NCBI GenBank assembly: GCA_013360215.1
Contig: JABWCP010000013.1
Location: forward strand, 1-64,000
DNA: 64,000 nt
Direction of reading: 5' to 3'
Source: a bacterium
GTDB lineage: Bacteria; CLD3; SB21
The notes below the pieces were generated by a model, which searched no databases, was not told the DNA's origin, and saw nothing but the letters and a program-made list of their open reading frames with translations. Position 1 is the first letter of the stretch. The number at the start of each line of letters is the position of its first letter. Positions 1 to 10,019 of this stretch are shown in pieces. Both the position numbers and the translations under genes were made by a program.

Positions 1-1330
1 TGGATAAAATAAAGGGCGCTTTGGGATTGAGTACGGAAAACGCTTCATATATAGAGGTATTCAGTTTGTTTTGTTTTTGGAGTGAAGCGGTTTTGGAGGC
101 CGCGATCGGTTTGTAAAAACTATAGATGTCCAAATCCGGATCGTGCAGCGGACGAAATCCCGATTCCGATTCAATCCGGCGATGCAATTCCTGTGCGGCC
201 AGAAAATTTTCCGTCAAAAGTCGTCCGTAGCCTTCTTCGTGCAAAGGCATCATACGGTGCGTGAGCCAGCAGCCTGCCGCGACGGCACCCGGGCGCGAAC
301 CTTCCAGCGTAAACATGCCGATATTGGGTTTGTCTTTGATGTGGTAAGTGTACGGCGCTGTATTGAGTATCGCCGATCGCAAGGCTTCGTTTTTGTAGAT
401 CACCGCGCCGCATCCGTATCCCAAAGCACCCTGTTTGTGCGGATCGATCGTGATCGAGTCGGCATCTTTCATGGCCCGCAGACTGAGGTAAACTTCCGGT
501 TTGACGACCAGCGCGACATCCGCATAGGGCTTGATACGACCGGATGCATCTAAAATAATCGAACGCGAATATCCGCCGTAGGCCGCGTCAAGATGCAGGT
601 GAAACCCGTAACGTTTTCGGAGTTGCAAAATACCTTCGATATCATCCACCGCGCCGACACCCGTCGTGCCGATATTGGCGACCACCATCATGGTTTTCTT
701 TTTTTTCAGTACAGACTCAAGCACATCGAGGTCCATGCGAAATTTGGAATCGGTGGGAATTTCCACACCGTCCTGTATGGCAAGGATGGAGCAAATGCGT
801 TTCCATGAATAGTGTGCCATATGTGAAAAAAGTACGGCGCCTGGTTTTTTATGTTTTTGTGTATATACGTCGCGTACCGCCCACATGGCTTCGGTATTGG
901 CAAGCGAACCGCCGCTGCACAGATGGCCCCAACCTTTTTTGAAACCGCAGAGGTTGAGCAAATCCTGTACGCATTCCATTTCAAGTTCGGTCGTGATCGG
1001 CCCGCCTTCATAGGCATGGTTATTGGGATTGGTAAGTATGGCGGCAAGATAACCCAGAGTGGAACTGAGCGCCGGATCTTTGAGCATCTGGGCCGCATAA
1101 CGCGGCGAAAAATACGGTGGCTGGTGACTGAGGCGCTCCAAAAGTACATCCAGATGTTTTTGCAAGGTATTGTCTGAAGGAGTCGCCGAGCGATCAAACA
1201 CCTCCGGATCGTTCGTAAAAAACGTACGCCGCCACGCGGCATGCCAGTCGAGAATTTTGATCAGCGATTCTTGCAAGGCTTCGGCGTTTTCCGCCTTGGG
1301 CCCGAGAAAATTATCGTGCAGTATGGACAT
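1..1330 (-). CDS. Group II PLP-dependent decarboxylase (tyrosine/glutamate decarboxylase-like), 3' end runs off the window
   Basis: Absent from the ORF track because there is no stop in the window. Manual translation from ATG 1330 gives MSILHDNFLGPKAEN...PYFSPRYAAQM...NPNNHAYEGGP...GHLCSGGSLANTEAMW...HYSWKR...GTTGVGAVD...HLDAAYGG...DSITIDPHKQG...TLEGSRPG. DPHK carries the PLP lysine. Confidence 0.9.
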   Translation of the reverse strand, partial: MSILHDNFLGPKAENAEALQESLIKILDWHAAWRRTFFTNDPEVFDRSATPSDNTLQKHLDVLLERLSHQPPYFSPRYAAQMLKDPALSSTLGYLAAILTNPNNHAYEGGPITTELEMECVQDLLNLCGFKKGWGHLCSGGSLANTEAMWAVRDVYTQKHKKPGAVLFSHMAHYSWKRICSILAIQDGVEIPTDSKFRMDLDVLESVLKKKKTMMVVANIGTTGVGAVDDIEGILQLRKRYGFHLHLDAAYGGYSRSIILDASGRIKPYADVALVVKPEVYLSLRAMKDADSITIDPHKQGALGYGCGAVIYKNEALRSAILNTAPYTYHIKDKPNIGMFTLEGSRPGAVAAGCWLTHRMMPLHEEGYGRLLTENFLAAQELHRRIESESGFRPLHDPDLDIYSFYKPIAASKTASLQKQNKLNTSIYEAFSVLNPKAPFILS

Positions 1331-1378
1331 GAAAAACCCCTCAAGCACGTGAAAAAAAGAGAACTGTATTAAAACAAA

Positions 1379-1600
1379 CTAATTCATATGACATCCGCAA
1401 CCCGCGCCGCATCCGCCGCCCATCATGGGCATACTTTCGCCGGAGCTTTTGCAGTCGGCGGCAAAAACGGAAAGTTTGCGGTTGGCTTCATGGGCACGGC
1501 ATTTGGGACACTCGACTTCCGATGCGTCAAACGTGCTGGAATGGAAAAGTTCAGAAAAATCCGTACCGCATTTTTTGCAGGTAAATTCATAGATCGGCAT
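1379..1600 (-). CDS. FmdB-family zinc-ribbon protein
   Basis: MPIYEFTCKKCG...CPKC with Gly/Cys-rich tail; AAGGA RBS upstream. Confidence 0.88.
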   Translation of the reverse strand: MPIYEFTCKKCGTDFSELFHSSTFDASEVECPKCRAHEANRKLSVFAADCKSSGESMPMMGGGCGAGCGCHMN

Positions 1601-1638
1601 ACACGATATTCCTTAGATGATGTTAACAATGAATAATG

Positions 1639-3372
1639 TTAGGGTTTGTCGGGCAAAATATCAACGGGGGCATCTTCGGTGATGACTTTATCTAATTTTT
1701 CCAGTAACGCAACATGCGGATGCCCATATTCGTGCGCCAGCTCGATGTTGGGTTTCAGATTCCATCCGGGCGAGCGCACACCGGATCGGATCAGCTTTAA
1801 TATCTCATCATAACAAGCATCGCCATATTGATTGTAGAAATTGGCAAACCGGTAAAACCAAAGTTCGAGATAAATTTGTTTTTCATCATGTGTTGGGAAT
1901 AGGAACGCTTCATAAATTTTAGTTTCTGCGTTAGGAAATTCACGCTTCCAAATTAACAATTGAGCGAAATTTCCAAAAATGATTGGGTTTATTGTTCCAA
2001 GATTTATGGCTTTAGAATAACATATTGCGGCTTCGTTATCATTTTGTCGTATAGTGTGGAGGAATATACCGTAATTTCCATAATTATCAGGGTTTTCGGG
2101 ATCAAGCTCTATCGCCTTTTTGTAATATTTTTCAGCGGCTTTATAATCTTTTTTTATTCGATTTAGGAAATTAGCGTAATTACCATTGATGTAAAAATGA
2201 TTTTGGTTTTTGCTTAAAGCTTTTTTATAAAAATTTTCAGCTTTATTGTAATCCTTAAGAAAATCTGTTAAGAAAACTGCATAACAAGCATATAAATCTA
2301 TGCTATCAGGAAATTCGTTAAGACCTTTTTTGTATATATTGTCTTTTTTATTCAAGTCTTCCTCGGTCTGTACTTCAAGCTCGACGCTCCACCACGTTCG
2401 GGGTGATTTTTCGTTTGCAAGCTCTATCGCTCTTGCAGTTTCGGAGGCAGGATTTTCTTTGTTGAGCTTTTCGATTTGTTCGCGGTATTTTTTTACGCGT
2501 TGTTCGGCTACATTTAAGATTTCTTGATCCTTTAATGGATATTCCATTTCTTCATTCAGGGCGATCATCATTTCATCAAAACCATCAATGGGAATAAGAA
2601 AACCTTTTTGATTGGTTAGCAATTTTTGTATGCGTTCGTTAGGTTTACCATCTGCATTCCTGTAACACCAAAACATACCATTGGAGAGGGTTTCGAGTTT
2701 CTCAAGATATTCCATCAGGCTACCGTCATTACCTCCATAGCCGATAAAAACCGGTGTATAGTAGCGGAATATCTGCGTCAGAGCATCAATCCAGCCTTTG
2801 GCCAATTGCGACGTTTCATCTGAATTACTTTTGGGGGCGAATAATAAATCACGGTGTATTTTGGCGATCACCGGGCGGTTGCTAGTGATGTTGATAAAAC
2901 TCGCAAGAGACTCATGCCCGCATACTAGGGGCTTTCGCCGCGTGTAGATAAACAAGGCATCTTCTGTCATGCTGTCAAAGTTGGTTGTAATAACCACGTT
3001 GTGAAACGGATCCGTCAAAAGCTGTGCTAATACGGAATAACCGATACTCGGCTCTTTGCCATCCATGATTTGCACAAGCTGTGCAAACCCTTCTTCGGGA
3101 TTAAGTTTAAAGCGTTTATCGTAGATAGCGGAGTAGTGGATCGCAGGATTTTGTTCATCGATATTTTTTTCGTTTTTCCACTGATCGTATTGCGAGCGAT
3201 ATAGATTTTTTATCCCATCCAACCAAATCTTGGCAAGTTCTCCGCCGGTAGGGATACCGGATTGTTTGGAGGCTCCGGCACCGAGAATAAAACAATACTT
3301 CCGCACAGACACCCGATCACGATGAAACTGTTTGATAAATGTCTGGAGTTCTATTTCTTCTGGTTGATCCAT
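1639..3372 (-). CDS. SIR2-like (SIR2_2, NADase-type) domain fused to TPR repeats and a C-terminal helical domain
   Basis: FILGAGASKQSGIP, VITTNFD, KIH and FIGYGG sirtuin-fold motifs; TPR-like repeats (KAENFYKKAL, AAEKYYKKAIELDP, EAAICYSKAI). Confidence 0.88.
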   Translation of the reverse strand: MDQPEEIELQTFIKQFHRDRVSVRKYCFILGAGASKQSGIPTGGELAKIWLDGIKNLYRSQYDQWKNEKNIDEQNPAIHYSAIYDKRFKLNPEEGFAQLVQIMDGKEPSIGYSVLAQLLTDPFHNVVITTNFDSMTEDALFIYTRRKPLVCGHESLASFINITSNRPVIAKIHRDLLFAPKSNSDETSQLAKGWIDALTQIFRYYTPVFIGYGGNDGSLMEYLEKLETLSNGMFWCYRNADGKPNERIQKLLTNQKGFLIPIDGFDEMMIALNEEMEYPLKDQEILNVAEQRVKKYREQIEKLNKENPASETARAIELANEKSPRTWWSVELEVQTEEDLNKKDNIYKKGLNEFPDSIDLYACYAVFLTDFLKDYNKAENFYKKALSKNQNHFYINGNYANFLNRIKKDYKAAEKYYKKAIELDPENPDNYGNYGIFLHTIRQNDNEAAICYSKAINLGTINPIIFGNFAQLLIWKREFPNAETKIYEAFLFPTHDEKQIYLELWFYRFANFYNQYGDACYDEILKLIRSGVRSPGWNLKPNIELAHEYGHPHVALLEKLDKVITEDAPVDILPDKP

Positions 3373-3491
3373 AGAGAGTATTTGTATTCAATTCCCTTAT
3401 TGATTCTTTAAACCGTTTTTTTTAGTTTGCAGGGCTTAAAGAAATTATAAATCAATCTAAAATAAAATGTTATCTCAATCAAGAGGATCGA

Positions 3492-4892
3492 ATGGAGACC
3501 AAAAATTTTGATGTAGTGGTATTGGGCGGAGGCCCCGGCGGTTATGTGGCAGCGATCAAAGCGGCACAACTCGGTTTCAAAACAGCGGTTGTCGAACGTG
3601 AAAAAATCGGCGGCGTCTGCGTTAATATCGGTTGTATCCCGACGAAAGCATTGCTGAAAAATGCCGAGATGTATGAACACATGAAACATGCCACTGAATG
3701 GGGTTATTCCTTTGACAACCTCAAGTATGACTACAAAGCCATCATCAAACGCAGTCGCGATGTGGCTGATGCCAATTCCAAAGGCGGCGATTTTTTGATG
3801 AAAAAAAATAAAATCGAAGTCATCAAAGGAACCGGCAAATTTCTTGATAAAAGTACACTCAGTGTGGCCGATGCGACCGGTAAAGAAATTGTTCAGGTCA
3901 AAGGTAAACATATCATCATTGCCACCGGTGCCCGCGCACGTATGCTGCCCAATCTGAAAGCCGACGGCAAACGCATTCTGACCAGCACGGAAGCGATGAC
4001 CAATACCGAACAGCCGAAGTCCATCGTTATCATCGGCGCCGGCGCGATCGGTATTGAGTTTGCCTATTTCTTCAATACCTTCGGCACGAAAGTAACTGTC
4101 GTAGAAATGATGCCGACGATTTTGCCCGTTGAAGATGAAGAAGTCTCCAACACGCTGCTCAAAGTGCTCCAGAAAAAAGGCATGGATATTCACACCGATA
4201 CCAAAGTCGAAAAAGTGGATGTCGGCGCCAATAATGTTACCGTAACCGTTTCCAGTAAAGGTAAAACACAGACGATCACGGCTGATCAATGCCTCGTCGC
4301 CATCGGCGTGCAGGGCAATACGGAAAATATAGGCCTTGAAAAAATCGGTGTTACCGTCGAAAAAGGTTGGATCAAAGTGGACGAGTATTACCGCACCAAT
4401 GTACAGGGTGTTTATGCGATCGGCGATATCATCGGCGCACCGTGGCTCGCTCACGTGGCCTCCCATGAAGGTATCGTCTGCGTCGAAAAAATTGCTGGAA
4501 AAGATACCCACCCGATTGATTATTCATCCATTCCCGGATGTACCTATTGCCAGCCGCAAGTCGGCAGCATCGGTCTGACGGAGAAAAAGGCGCGTGAAAA
4601 AGGGTATGATATCAAGGTCGGTAAATTTCCTTTTTCCGCCAGCGGCAAAGCCCGTGCGATCGGCGAACGTGACGGTTTCGTAAAAGTGATTTTTGATGCG
4701 AAGTACGGCGAATTGCTCGGCGCACATATCTTAGGTTCCGAAGCGACGGAAATGATCGCCGAATACGGCATCGCGAAGTCTTTGGAGTCCACATATAAAG
4801 AAATAGGCAATACGATTCACGCCCATCCGACGTTGTCTGAAGCGATGATGGAAGCGGCGCTGGATGCGTACAAAGAAGCCGTTCATATTTGA
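3492..4892 (+). CDS. lpdA: Dihydrolipoyl dehydrogenase (E3)
   Basis: GGGPGGY FAD site, CVNIGC redox disulfide, GAGAIG NAD site, HAHPTLSE. Confidence 0.97.
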   Translation: METKNFDVVVLGGGPGGYVAAIKAAQLGFKTAVVEREKIGGVCVNIGCIPTKALLKNAEMYEHMKHATEWGYSFDNLKYDYKAIIKRSRDVADANSKGGDFLMKKNKIEVIKGTGKFLDKSTLSVADATGKEIVQVKGKHIIIATGARARMLPNLKADGKRILTSTEAMTNTEQPKSIVIIGAGAIGIEFAYFFNTFGTKVTVVEMMPTILPVEDEEVSNTLLKVLQKKGMDIHTDTKVEKVDVGANNVTVTVSSKGKTQTITADQCLVAIGVQGNTENIGLEKIGVTVEKGWIKVDEYYRTNVQGVYAIGDIIGAPWLAHVASHEGIVCVEKIAGKDTHPIDYSSIPGCTYCQPQVGSIGLTEKKAREKGYDIKVGKFPFSASGKARAIGERDGFVKVIFDAKYGELLGAHILGSEATEMIAEYGIAKSLESTYKEIGNTIHAHPTLSEAMMEAALDAYKEAVHI

Positions 4893-4914
4893 TTTTTTTA
4901 CAATGAAGCTGAGA

Positions 4915-4949
4915 GCAACCGGAATGCGTTGATTCCGGTTGTTTTTTTT
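4915..4949 (+). terminator. Intrinsic terminator after lpdA
   Basis: CAACCGGAAT / ATTCCGGTTG stem followed by T-tract. Confidence 0.85.
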
Positions 4950-4988
4950 AGGGCAGATGGGTATACTACCGAAGCCCGACAGGAATGC

Positions 4989-5570
4989 ATGATCATTAAG
5001 TCCGTCGAATTCATAGCCAGCGTCTATAAACCGGAACAGGTACCCAAACCGCAGTTGCCGGAAATAGCATTTTTCGGGCGCTCTAATGTGGGCAAATCTA
5101 CCTTGCTCAATACGTTAACCGGCAAAAAAATGGCGCGCGTGAGTTCCACGCCCGGTAAGACGCAGTGCCTGAATTATTATAAAATAAATGATACGTTTTA
5201 TCTGATTGATGCGCCGGGTTATGGCTATGCCAAAGTCGAGCGGAAACTTAGAGAAGCCTGGCAACGTAATCTAGGCGCGTGGCTCACGGAAAACGACCGT
5301 ATCTGTCTGGCAGTACTTATCATTGATGCGCGTATCGAACCGCAGGCGTCGGATCTTCAGATGGCGGAATTCCTCAATTATTATCAAGTCCCGACTTTGA
5401 TCGCCGCCAATAAAGCCGATAAATTGAAAAACAGTGAGCGAAAACCGATACTCAAATCGCTCAACGAAGCCTACGGCACTTGGGAATGGCCGATTGATTT
5501 TACGTCCGGCGAAACCGGAGAAGGCAAAGTAGCTGTTTTGAAAACCATGGATTCGGCATTAACGCATTAA
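4989..5570 (+). CDS. engB: Ribosome biogenesis GTPase EngB/YihA/YsxC
   Basis: GRSNVGKS, PGKT, DAPGYGY, NKADK; start moved to ATG 4989 (AGGA RBS). Confidence 0.95.
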   Translation: MIIKSVEFIASVYKPEQVPKPQLPEIAFFGRSNVGKSTLLNTLTGKKMARVSSTPGKTQCLNYYKINDTFYLIDAPGYGYAKVERKLREAWQRNLGAWLTENDRICLAVLIIDARIEPQASDLQMAEFLNYYQVPTLIAANKADKLKNSERKPILKSLNEAYGTWEWPIDFTSGETGEGKVAVLKTMDSALTH

Positions 5571-5627
5571 ACGAAATTATATTAACCCCGGTCTAAGTCA
5601 GACCGGATCATTGTGTAAGGAGTTGGC

Positions 5628-7040
5628 ATGAAACATCGTATTCTCATCGTGTGTTGTGTGATGCTGTGGGCGAGCATGACGCAAGTTAATGCGCAAAAAG
5701 GTTCCGGCAATCAGAGTTCGGGGCGGTTGTCGTTTTATGTGGATTATGCGGCATTTAAAATGTTCAATCAAAAAAACGTTACTTACACGCAGTTGTATTT
5801 TTATATGTCCCGCAATCAGTTCAATTTTGTGAAAAAAGATACATCGTACTCGGCGGCATATACGGTGAGTTTGGAGTTTACCGATCTCAACGACAGTAAA
5901 AATGTTGTTCAAAACACATGGACAACCGTAATGGATGATCGCATTGCGGAAGCCGATACCGGCAAAGAAGTACCTTTGTTGTTTGAATATCCTTTATTGC
6001 TGAAGCCGTCAAAATATATTCTCAAAGCTACGATACAGGATAAAAATGATGCGTCGCGGAGCGGAAGCTATACCGAATCCATAGAGGTATATGATTTTGA
6101 TAGAAGTGAATTGATGATCAGCCAGATTCAGTTTGCGACACAAGCGCTCAAAGGCGGGAACAGCGGTGAAATGTTTGTAAAAAACGGATATACGGTTTAT
6201 CCCAATCCGACACGTTTTTACGGTTCCAATCTGCCTCGGTTATCTTTTTATTCGGAAGTGTACAATCTGAAACACACGCCGGATGATGCGATGACAAACA
6301 CGTATACGGCAGAATTTATCGTAACGGACGAAAACGGAAGCATCATCAAAGAGTACCCATCCAGACAGATCAATAAAGCCGGTGAAACATCCTTGCTTAT
6401 GCATAATGTGAATGTTATTTCGCTGCCAAGCGGTCGTTATGTTTTTATGGTACGCATTACGGACAATGCCAGTAAATCCGTCGCTATAAGCAAAAAATTA
6501 TTTGTGGTCTATCGCGAAGGTGAATCCATTTATGAAACTCAGGCGGACGATTCATTTTTCAAAGACTTGGACGAAGCCGGAGCCATCCGTGCAGGAAATA
6601 TCGTTTCGCTCATCGGTCGCGAAGATGAAAAAAAGATTTTTTCACAATTGGAATTTGAAGGTAAAAAGAAGTTTTTAGATCGTTTTTGGAAAGATCGCGA
6701 CCCTTCACCGGGTACCAAATCCAACGAAAAGCTGATGGATTATTACAAACGGTATGAAGAAGCTAATATGAAGTTTACAACGCCCAATGTGCAGGGATGG
6801 AAAACGGATATGGGGCGTGTCATGGTCGTGTATGGTATGCCCGCTCAAATCGAAAAACATGAATTTGAATCGGATATGAAGCCGTATCAAATTTGGTATT
6901 TTCTTCAATTAAAAGATCAACCGGCGCAGACTATTTTTGTATTTGCAGATATGGAAGATTCGGGGGTTTTGAGGTTAATACACTCGAATGCACGTGGCGA
7001 AATCGCCACAGCCAATTGGCAAACAATGATAAAAAAATAA
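5628..7040 (+). CDS. GWxTD domain-containing secreted protein
   Basis: Signal peptide; FWKDRDPSPGT..NE, GWKTDMGRVMVVYGMP, YQIWYF. Confidence 0.88.
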   Translation: MKHRILIVCCVMLWASMTQVNAQKGSGNQSSGRLSFYVDYAAFKMFNQKNVTYTQLYFYMSRNQFNFVKKDTSYSAAYTVSLEFTDLNDSKNVVQNTWTTVMDDRIAEADTGKEVPLLFEYPLLLKPSKYILKATIQDKNDASRSGSYTESIEVYDFDRSELMISQIQFATQALKGGNSGEMFVKNGYTVYPNPTRFYGSNLPRLSFYSEVYNLKHTPDDAMTNTYTAEFIVTDENGSIIKEYPSRQINKAGETSLLMHNVNVISLPSGRYVFMVRITDNASKSVAISKKLFVVYREGESIYETQADDSFFKDLDEAGAIRAGNIVSLIGREDEKKIFSQLEFEGKKKFLDRFWKDRDPSPGTKSNEKLMDYYKRYEEANMKFTTPNVQGWKTDMGRVMVVYGMPAQIEKHEFESDMKPYQIWYFLQLKDQPAQTIFVFADMEDSGVLRLIHSNARGEIATANWQTMIKK

Positions 7041-7078
7041 TTTAATTCATTTTTTAATATCTGATGAGAGAATGTGTT

Positions 7079-8383
7079 ATGCGTTCGCGTGTTTATATCG
7101 AAGATGTTTTTAAAGGTAAGTTTTCAGATGGTGAAGAAGTCACCATCAAAGGGTGGTTATATAACAAACGCTCCAGCGGCAAGTTGAATTTTTTGCTTGT
7201 GCGTGACGGAACCAATACGATACAGGCTACCGTGTATAAGCCTGGCGTTACCCCTGAATCGTGGGAGGCTGCGGATAGCGCTTCACAGGAATCAAGTTTG
7301 TCGGTTAAGGGGAAAGTGAAAAAAGATGAGCGCGCGCCCGGCGGATACGAATTGCAAGTGACCGAGGTGGTTTTATTGGGTTATGCCAAGGATTACCCGA
7401 TAAGCCCCAAAGAGCACGGAATTGATTTTCTGATGGATCACCGGCATTTGTGGTTGCGTTCTAAACAGCAGCATGCCGTCCTTCGCATTCGCCATACGAT
7501 TATCAAAGCCATTCGCGATTTTTTTGATGGTCGTGGTTTTACACTAGTAGATACGCCGATTTTCACTCCGGCGGCATGTGAAGGCACTTCGACTTTGTTT
7601 GAAACGGATTACTTCGATACCAAAGCATATTTGACGCAGAGCGGTCAGCTTTATGCAGAGGCCGGCGCTATGGCATTCGGAAAGGTGTATTGCTTCGGAC
7701 CGACATTTCGTGCAGAAAAGTCCAAAACACGCCGACACTTAACCGAATTTTGGATGGTGGAACCGGAAGTCGCGTTTAATGATCTGTATGACAACATGGA
7801 ATTGGCGGAGGATTTCCTAGAGTATATCGTACAAACTGTATTAAAAGATCGTATGGAGGAATTAAAAACTCTCGAACGCGATATCACGAAATTGGAATGT
7901 GTAAAGGCGCCGTTTCCGCGTGTGCATTATGACGAGGCTGTAAAAATACTGAAAGAAGCGAACCAACCATTTGAATACGGTAATGATTTTGGTGCGCCGG
8001 ACGAAGCGATCATTTCAGCAAAATATGATCGTCCCGTGATCGTGCATCATTATCCGTCGGCCGTAAAAGCATTTTACATGAAACGCGATCCCAATGAACC
8101 GGATAAAGCCTTAGCTATGGATATTCTGGCGCCAGAAGGATACGGCGAAATCGTCGGTGGCAGTCAACGTGAAGATGATTATGAAGCGCTATTGTCACGC
8201 ATTCAGGAACATAAGCTGCCGGTCGAAGCTTTTGATTGGTATTTGGATCTTCGGAAATATGGAACGGTTCCCCATGCTGGTTTTGGGCTTGGAGTTGAGC
8301 GCACGGTAACATGGATTTGCGGCATCCAGCATCTGCGTGAAACGATACCATTCCCACGCATGATTCATCGTTTGAAACCATAA
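7079..8383 (+). CDS. asnS: Asparagine--tRNA ligase
   Basis: OB-fold N-terminus, [45 protein letters not shown]; start 7064 also possible. Confidence 0.96.
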   Translation: MRSRVYIEDVFKGKFSDGEEVTIKGWLYNKRSSGKLNFLLVRDGTNTIQATVYKPGVTPESWEAADSASQESSLSVKGKVKKDERAPGGYELQVTEVVLLGYAKDYPISPKEHGIDFLMDHRHLWLRSKQQHAVLRIRHTIIKAIRDFFDGRGFTLVDTPIFTPAACEGTSTLFETDYFDTKAYLTQSGQLYAEAGAMAFGKVYCFGPTFRAEKSKTRRHLTEFWMVEPEVAFNDLYDNMELAEDFLEYIVQTVLKDRMEELKTLERDITKLECVKAPFPRVHYDEAVKILKEANQPFEYGNDFGAPDEAIISAKYDRPVIVHHYPSAVKAFYMKRDPNEPDKALAMDILAPEGYGEIVGGSQREDDYEALLSRIQEHKLPVEAFDWYLDLRKYGTVPHAGFGLGVERTVTWICGIQHLRETIPFPRMIHRLKP

Positions 8384-8403
8384 AAAAGTCAAAAGGAATA
8401 CAT

Positions 8404-9402
8404 ATGAAAAAATCTATCGTTTCGGTCTTATTGGCGGGACTGTTGGTGCTTAATGGATGTGATAAGAAAGATGATTATTTTGCACGTTTTGCGGACTTGA
8501 CAAAAGTTCATCCTGATCTTCTTTTCGTTTCGGAGTCTCCCGGTTCGCAGCATATTTATGCTGTTCATGATACGGCCAGAGGAGATGTATTGGATGTGAG
8601 TTATAACGATTTTGAACTTGATCCTACTTGGGAAAAATCAGGGCGGGTTTTTGCATATACCAATATTCACCTTTTTAATAGCTCAACAGGTCAACCAGCG
8701 CACTCTAATATTTATATACGGCATATGGATAGTTCATCCATAACACCGATCACCTATAGTAAATATTATCAGGACACGAATCGCGTAATCAAAGGGTTGA
8801 CTTTAAATTTACGCCCTGACTGGTCTCTCAATACGTCGGAGGTTGTTTTTTTATCAAATCGTGATTCCTTATTTAATATTTATAAAACGACGATTTCAGA
8901 TACGTTATACGGCGATACGTTACCTACGAAATTGACAGAAATAGATGATAAAATAAATATTTTTTGTCACCCCTCATGGTCACCCGACGGATCTAAAATA
9001 GTCTATACATCGTCCAAAACGGGGAATGAAGAAATCTGGATCATGAATGCAGATGGTACAGGAAAAACACAGTTAACGGATTTAAATGCTTCCATCGCGG
9101 CTCGTCCGCGTTTTTCACCGTCCGGAGATAAAATTGCATTTTACAGTTCGTATTTAAAAGACGGCAACGACAGTCTGAATATTTTCACAATGAATCCGAA
9201 TGGTACGGGTATACAAAAAGTTACCCAATCAGGGAACAATATTGATCCGGCATGGACTCCGGACGGTAACCGGATTGTGTATTCAAAACGTACATCAACT
9301 CGCGGTTATATTTATCTTATTAACCGGGATGGCACGGAGGAGAAAAAAATGATTTCCAAAGACAGCCGAGCTTATTATCCGATTTGGAGACCGGCCCATT
9401 AA
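8404..9402 (+). CDS. TolB-like beta-propeller lipoprotein (PD40 repeats)
   Basis: Lipobox LNGC; repeated PSWSPDG / PRFSPSG / PAWTPDG. Confidence 0.85.
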   Translation: MKKSIVSVLLAGLLVLNGCDKKDDYFARFADLTKVHPDLLFVSESPGSQHIYAVHDTARGDVLDVSYNDFELDPTWEKSGRVFAYTNIHLFNSSTGQPAHSNIYIRHMDSSSITPITYSKYYQDTNRVIKGLTLNLRPDWSLNTSEVVFLSNRDSLFNIYKTTISDTLYGDTLPTKLTEIDDKINIFCHPSWSPDGSKIVYTSSKTGNEEIWIMNADGTGKTQLTDLNASIAARPRFSPSGDKIAFYSSYLKDGNDSLNIFTMNPNGTGIQKVTQSGNNIDPAWTPDGNRIVYSKRTSTRGYIYLINRDGTEEKKMISKDSRAYYPIWRPAH

Positions 9403-9423
9403 TCAATATTATAAGTGATTAAG

Positions 9424-9454
9424 AAAAACCTTCAGATAATTCTGAAGGTTTTTT
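9424..9454 (+). terminator. Intrinsic terminator (possibly bidirectional)
   Basis: AAAAACCTTCAGA-taat-TCTGAAGGTTTTT. Confidence 0.8.
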
Positions 9455-9464
9455 CGTGTTAACT

Positions 9465-10013
9465 ATGACGACAACAAAACCTTCACTCAAACGCCAGATG
9501 GTCGGTATTCTTGACCAGTTTCTTCGTGGTGTTATTTCAGCGCGTGAACTGCGTTCGGCGGCCTTACCTCTTTTACAAATATCGGCGCACAAACGCGGTC
9601 GAAAAAATTATATCGAACGGTATCTCGTGGATATTTCCGGTAAAAAAGATTCGGAGTTAACGCGGGATTACATATATGAATTGCGTGATATGATCATTGG
9701 CGATGCCGTCACTTCAGAAAAAGATCGCGGAAGAGTTTTTAAACGTACATTAAGAAAACTGATCGAACGCTATTTTTATGAAGAAATCGAGGAGGCCTAT
9801 TATTTGTCGCTTCTATACGATTTGATGTTCGAGTTTGACTCGGAGGTTGAACGCGAACCGGTGGTGAAAAACTTTTTCGCACAAATTCAATCCGCTACAC
9901 CGATACATGATGACCAAATGACGGTAGTTGAAATCGCCGAAACGCAAGATGTGATCTATGATAAGACGATGGATTTTTATGAAGAATATTTCAAAAGCTT
10001 ATGGGATGACTAA
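9465..10013 (+). CDS. Hypothetical helical protein
   Basis: About 180-aa ORF filling the gap before the convergent mutS2; protein-like composition. Confidence 0.7.
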   Translation: MTTTKPSLKRQMVGILDQFLRGVISARELRSAALPLLQISAHKRGRKNYIERYLVDISGKKDSELTRDYIYELRDMIIGDAVTSEKDRGRVFKRTLRKLIERYFYEEIEEAYYLSLLYDLMFEFDSEVEREPVVKNFFAQIQSATPIHDDQMTVVEIAETQDVIYDKTMDFYEEYFKSLWDD

Positions 10014-10019
10014 GGCGAA

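Noticed and set aside
82-1352. Several short ORF-track entries (e.g. 143-553 +, 706-1242 -)
   Set aside because: Shadows or off-frame overlaps of the real minus-strand decarboxylase
3408-4511. 367-aa antisense ORF
   Set aside because: Antisense shadow of lpdA with no motifs
1639-4892. Idea that the sirtuin next to lpdA is a lipoamidase or SirTM-type enzyme linked to lipA/lipB
   Set aside because: It lacks the zinc-binding insert of deacylase sirtuins, no macrodomain/GcvH-L/LplA genes are nearby, and lipA/lipB are over 45 kb away in unrelated operons
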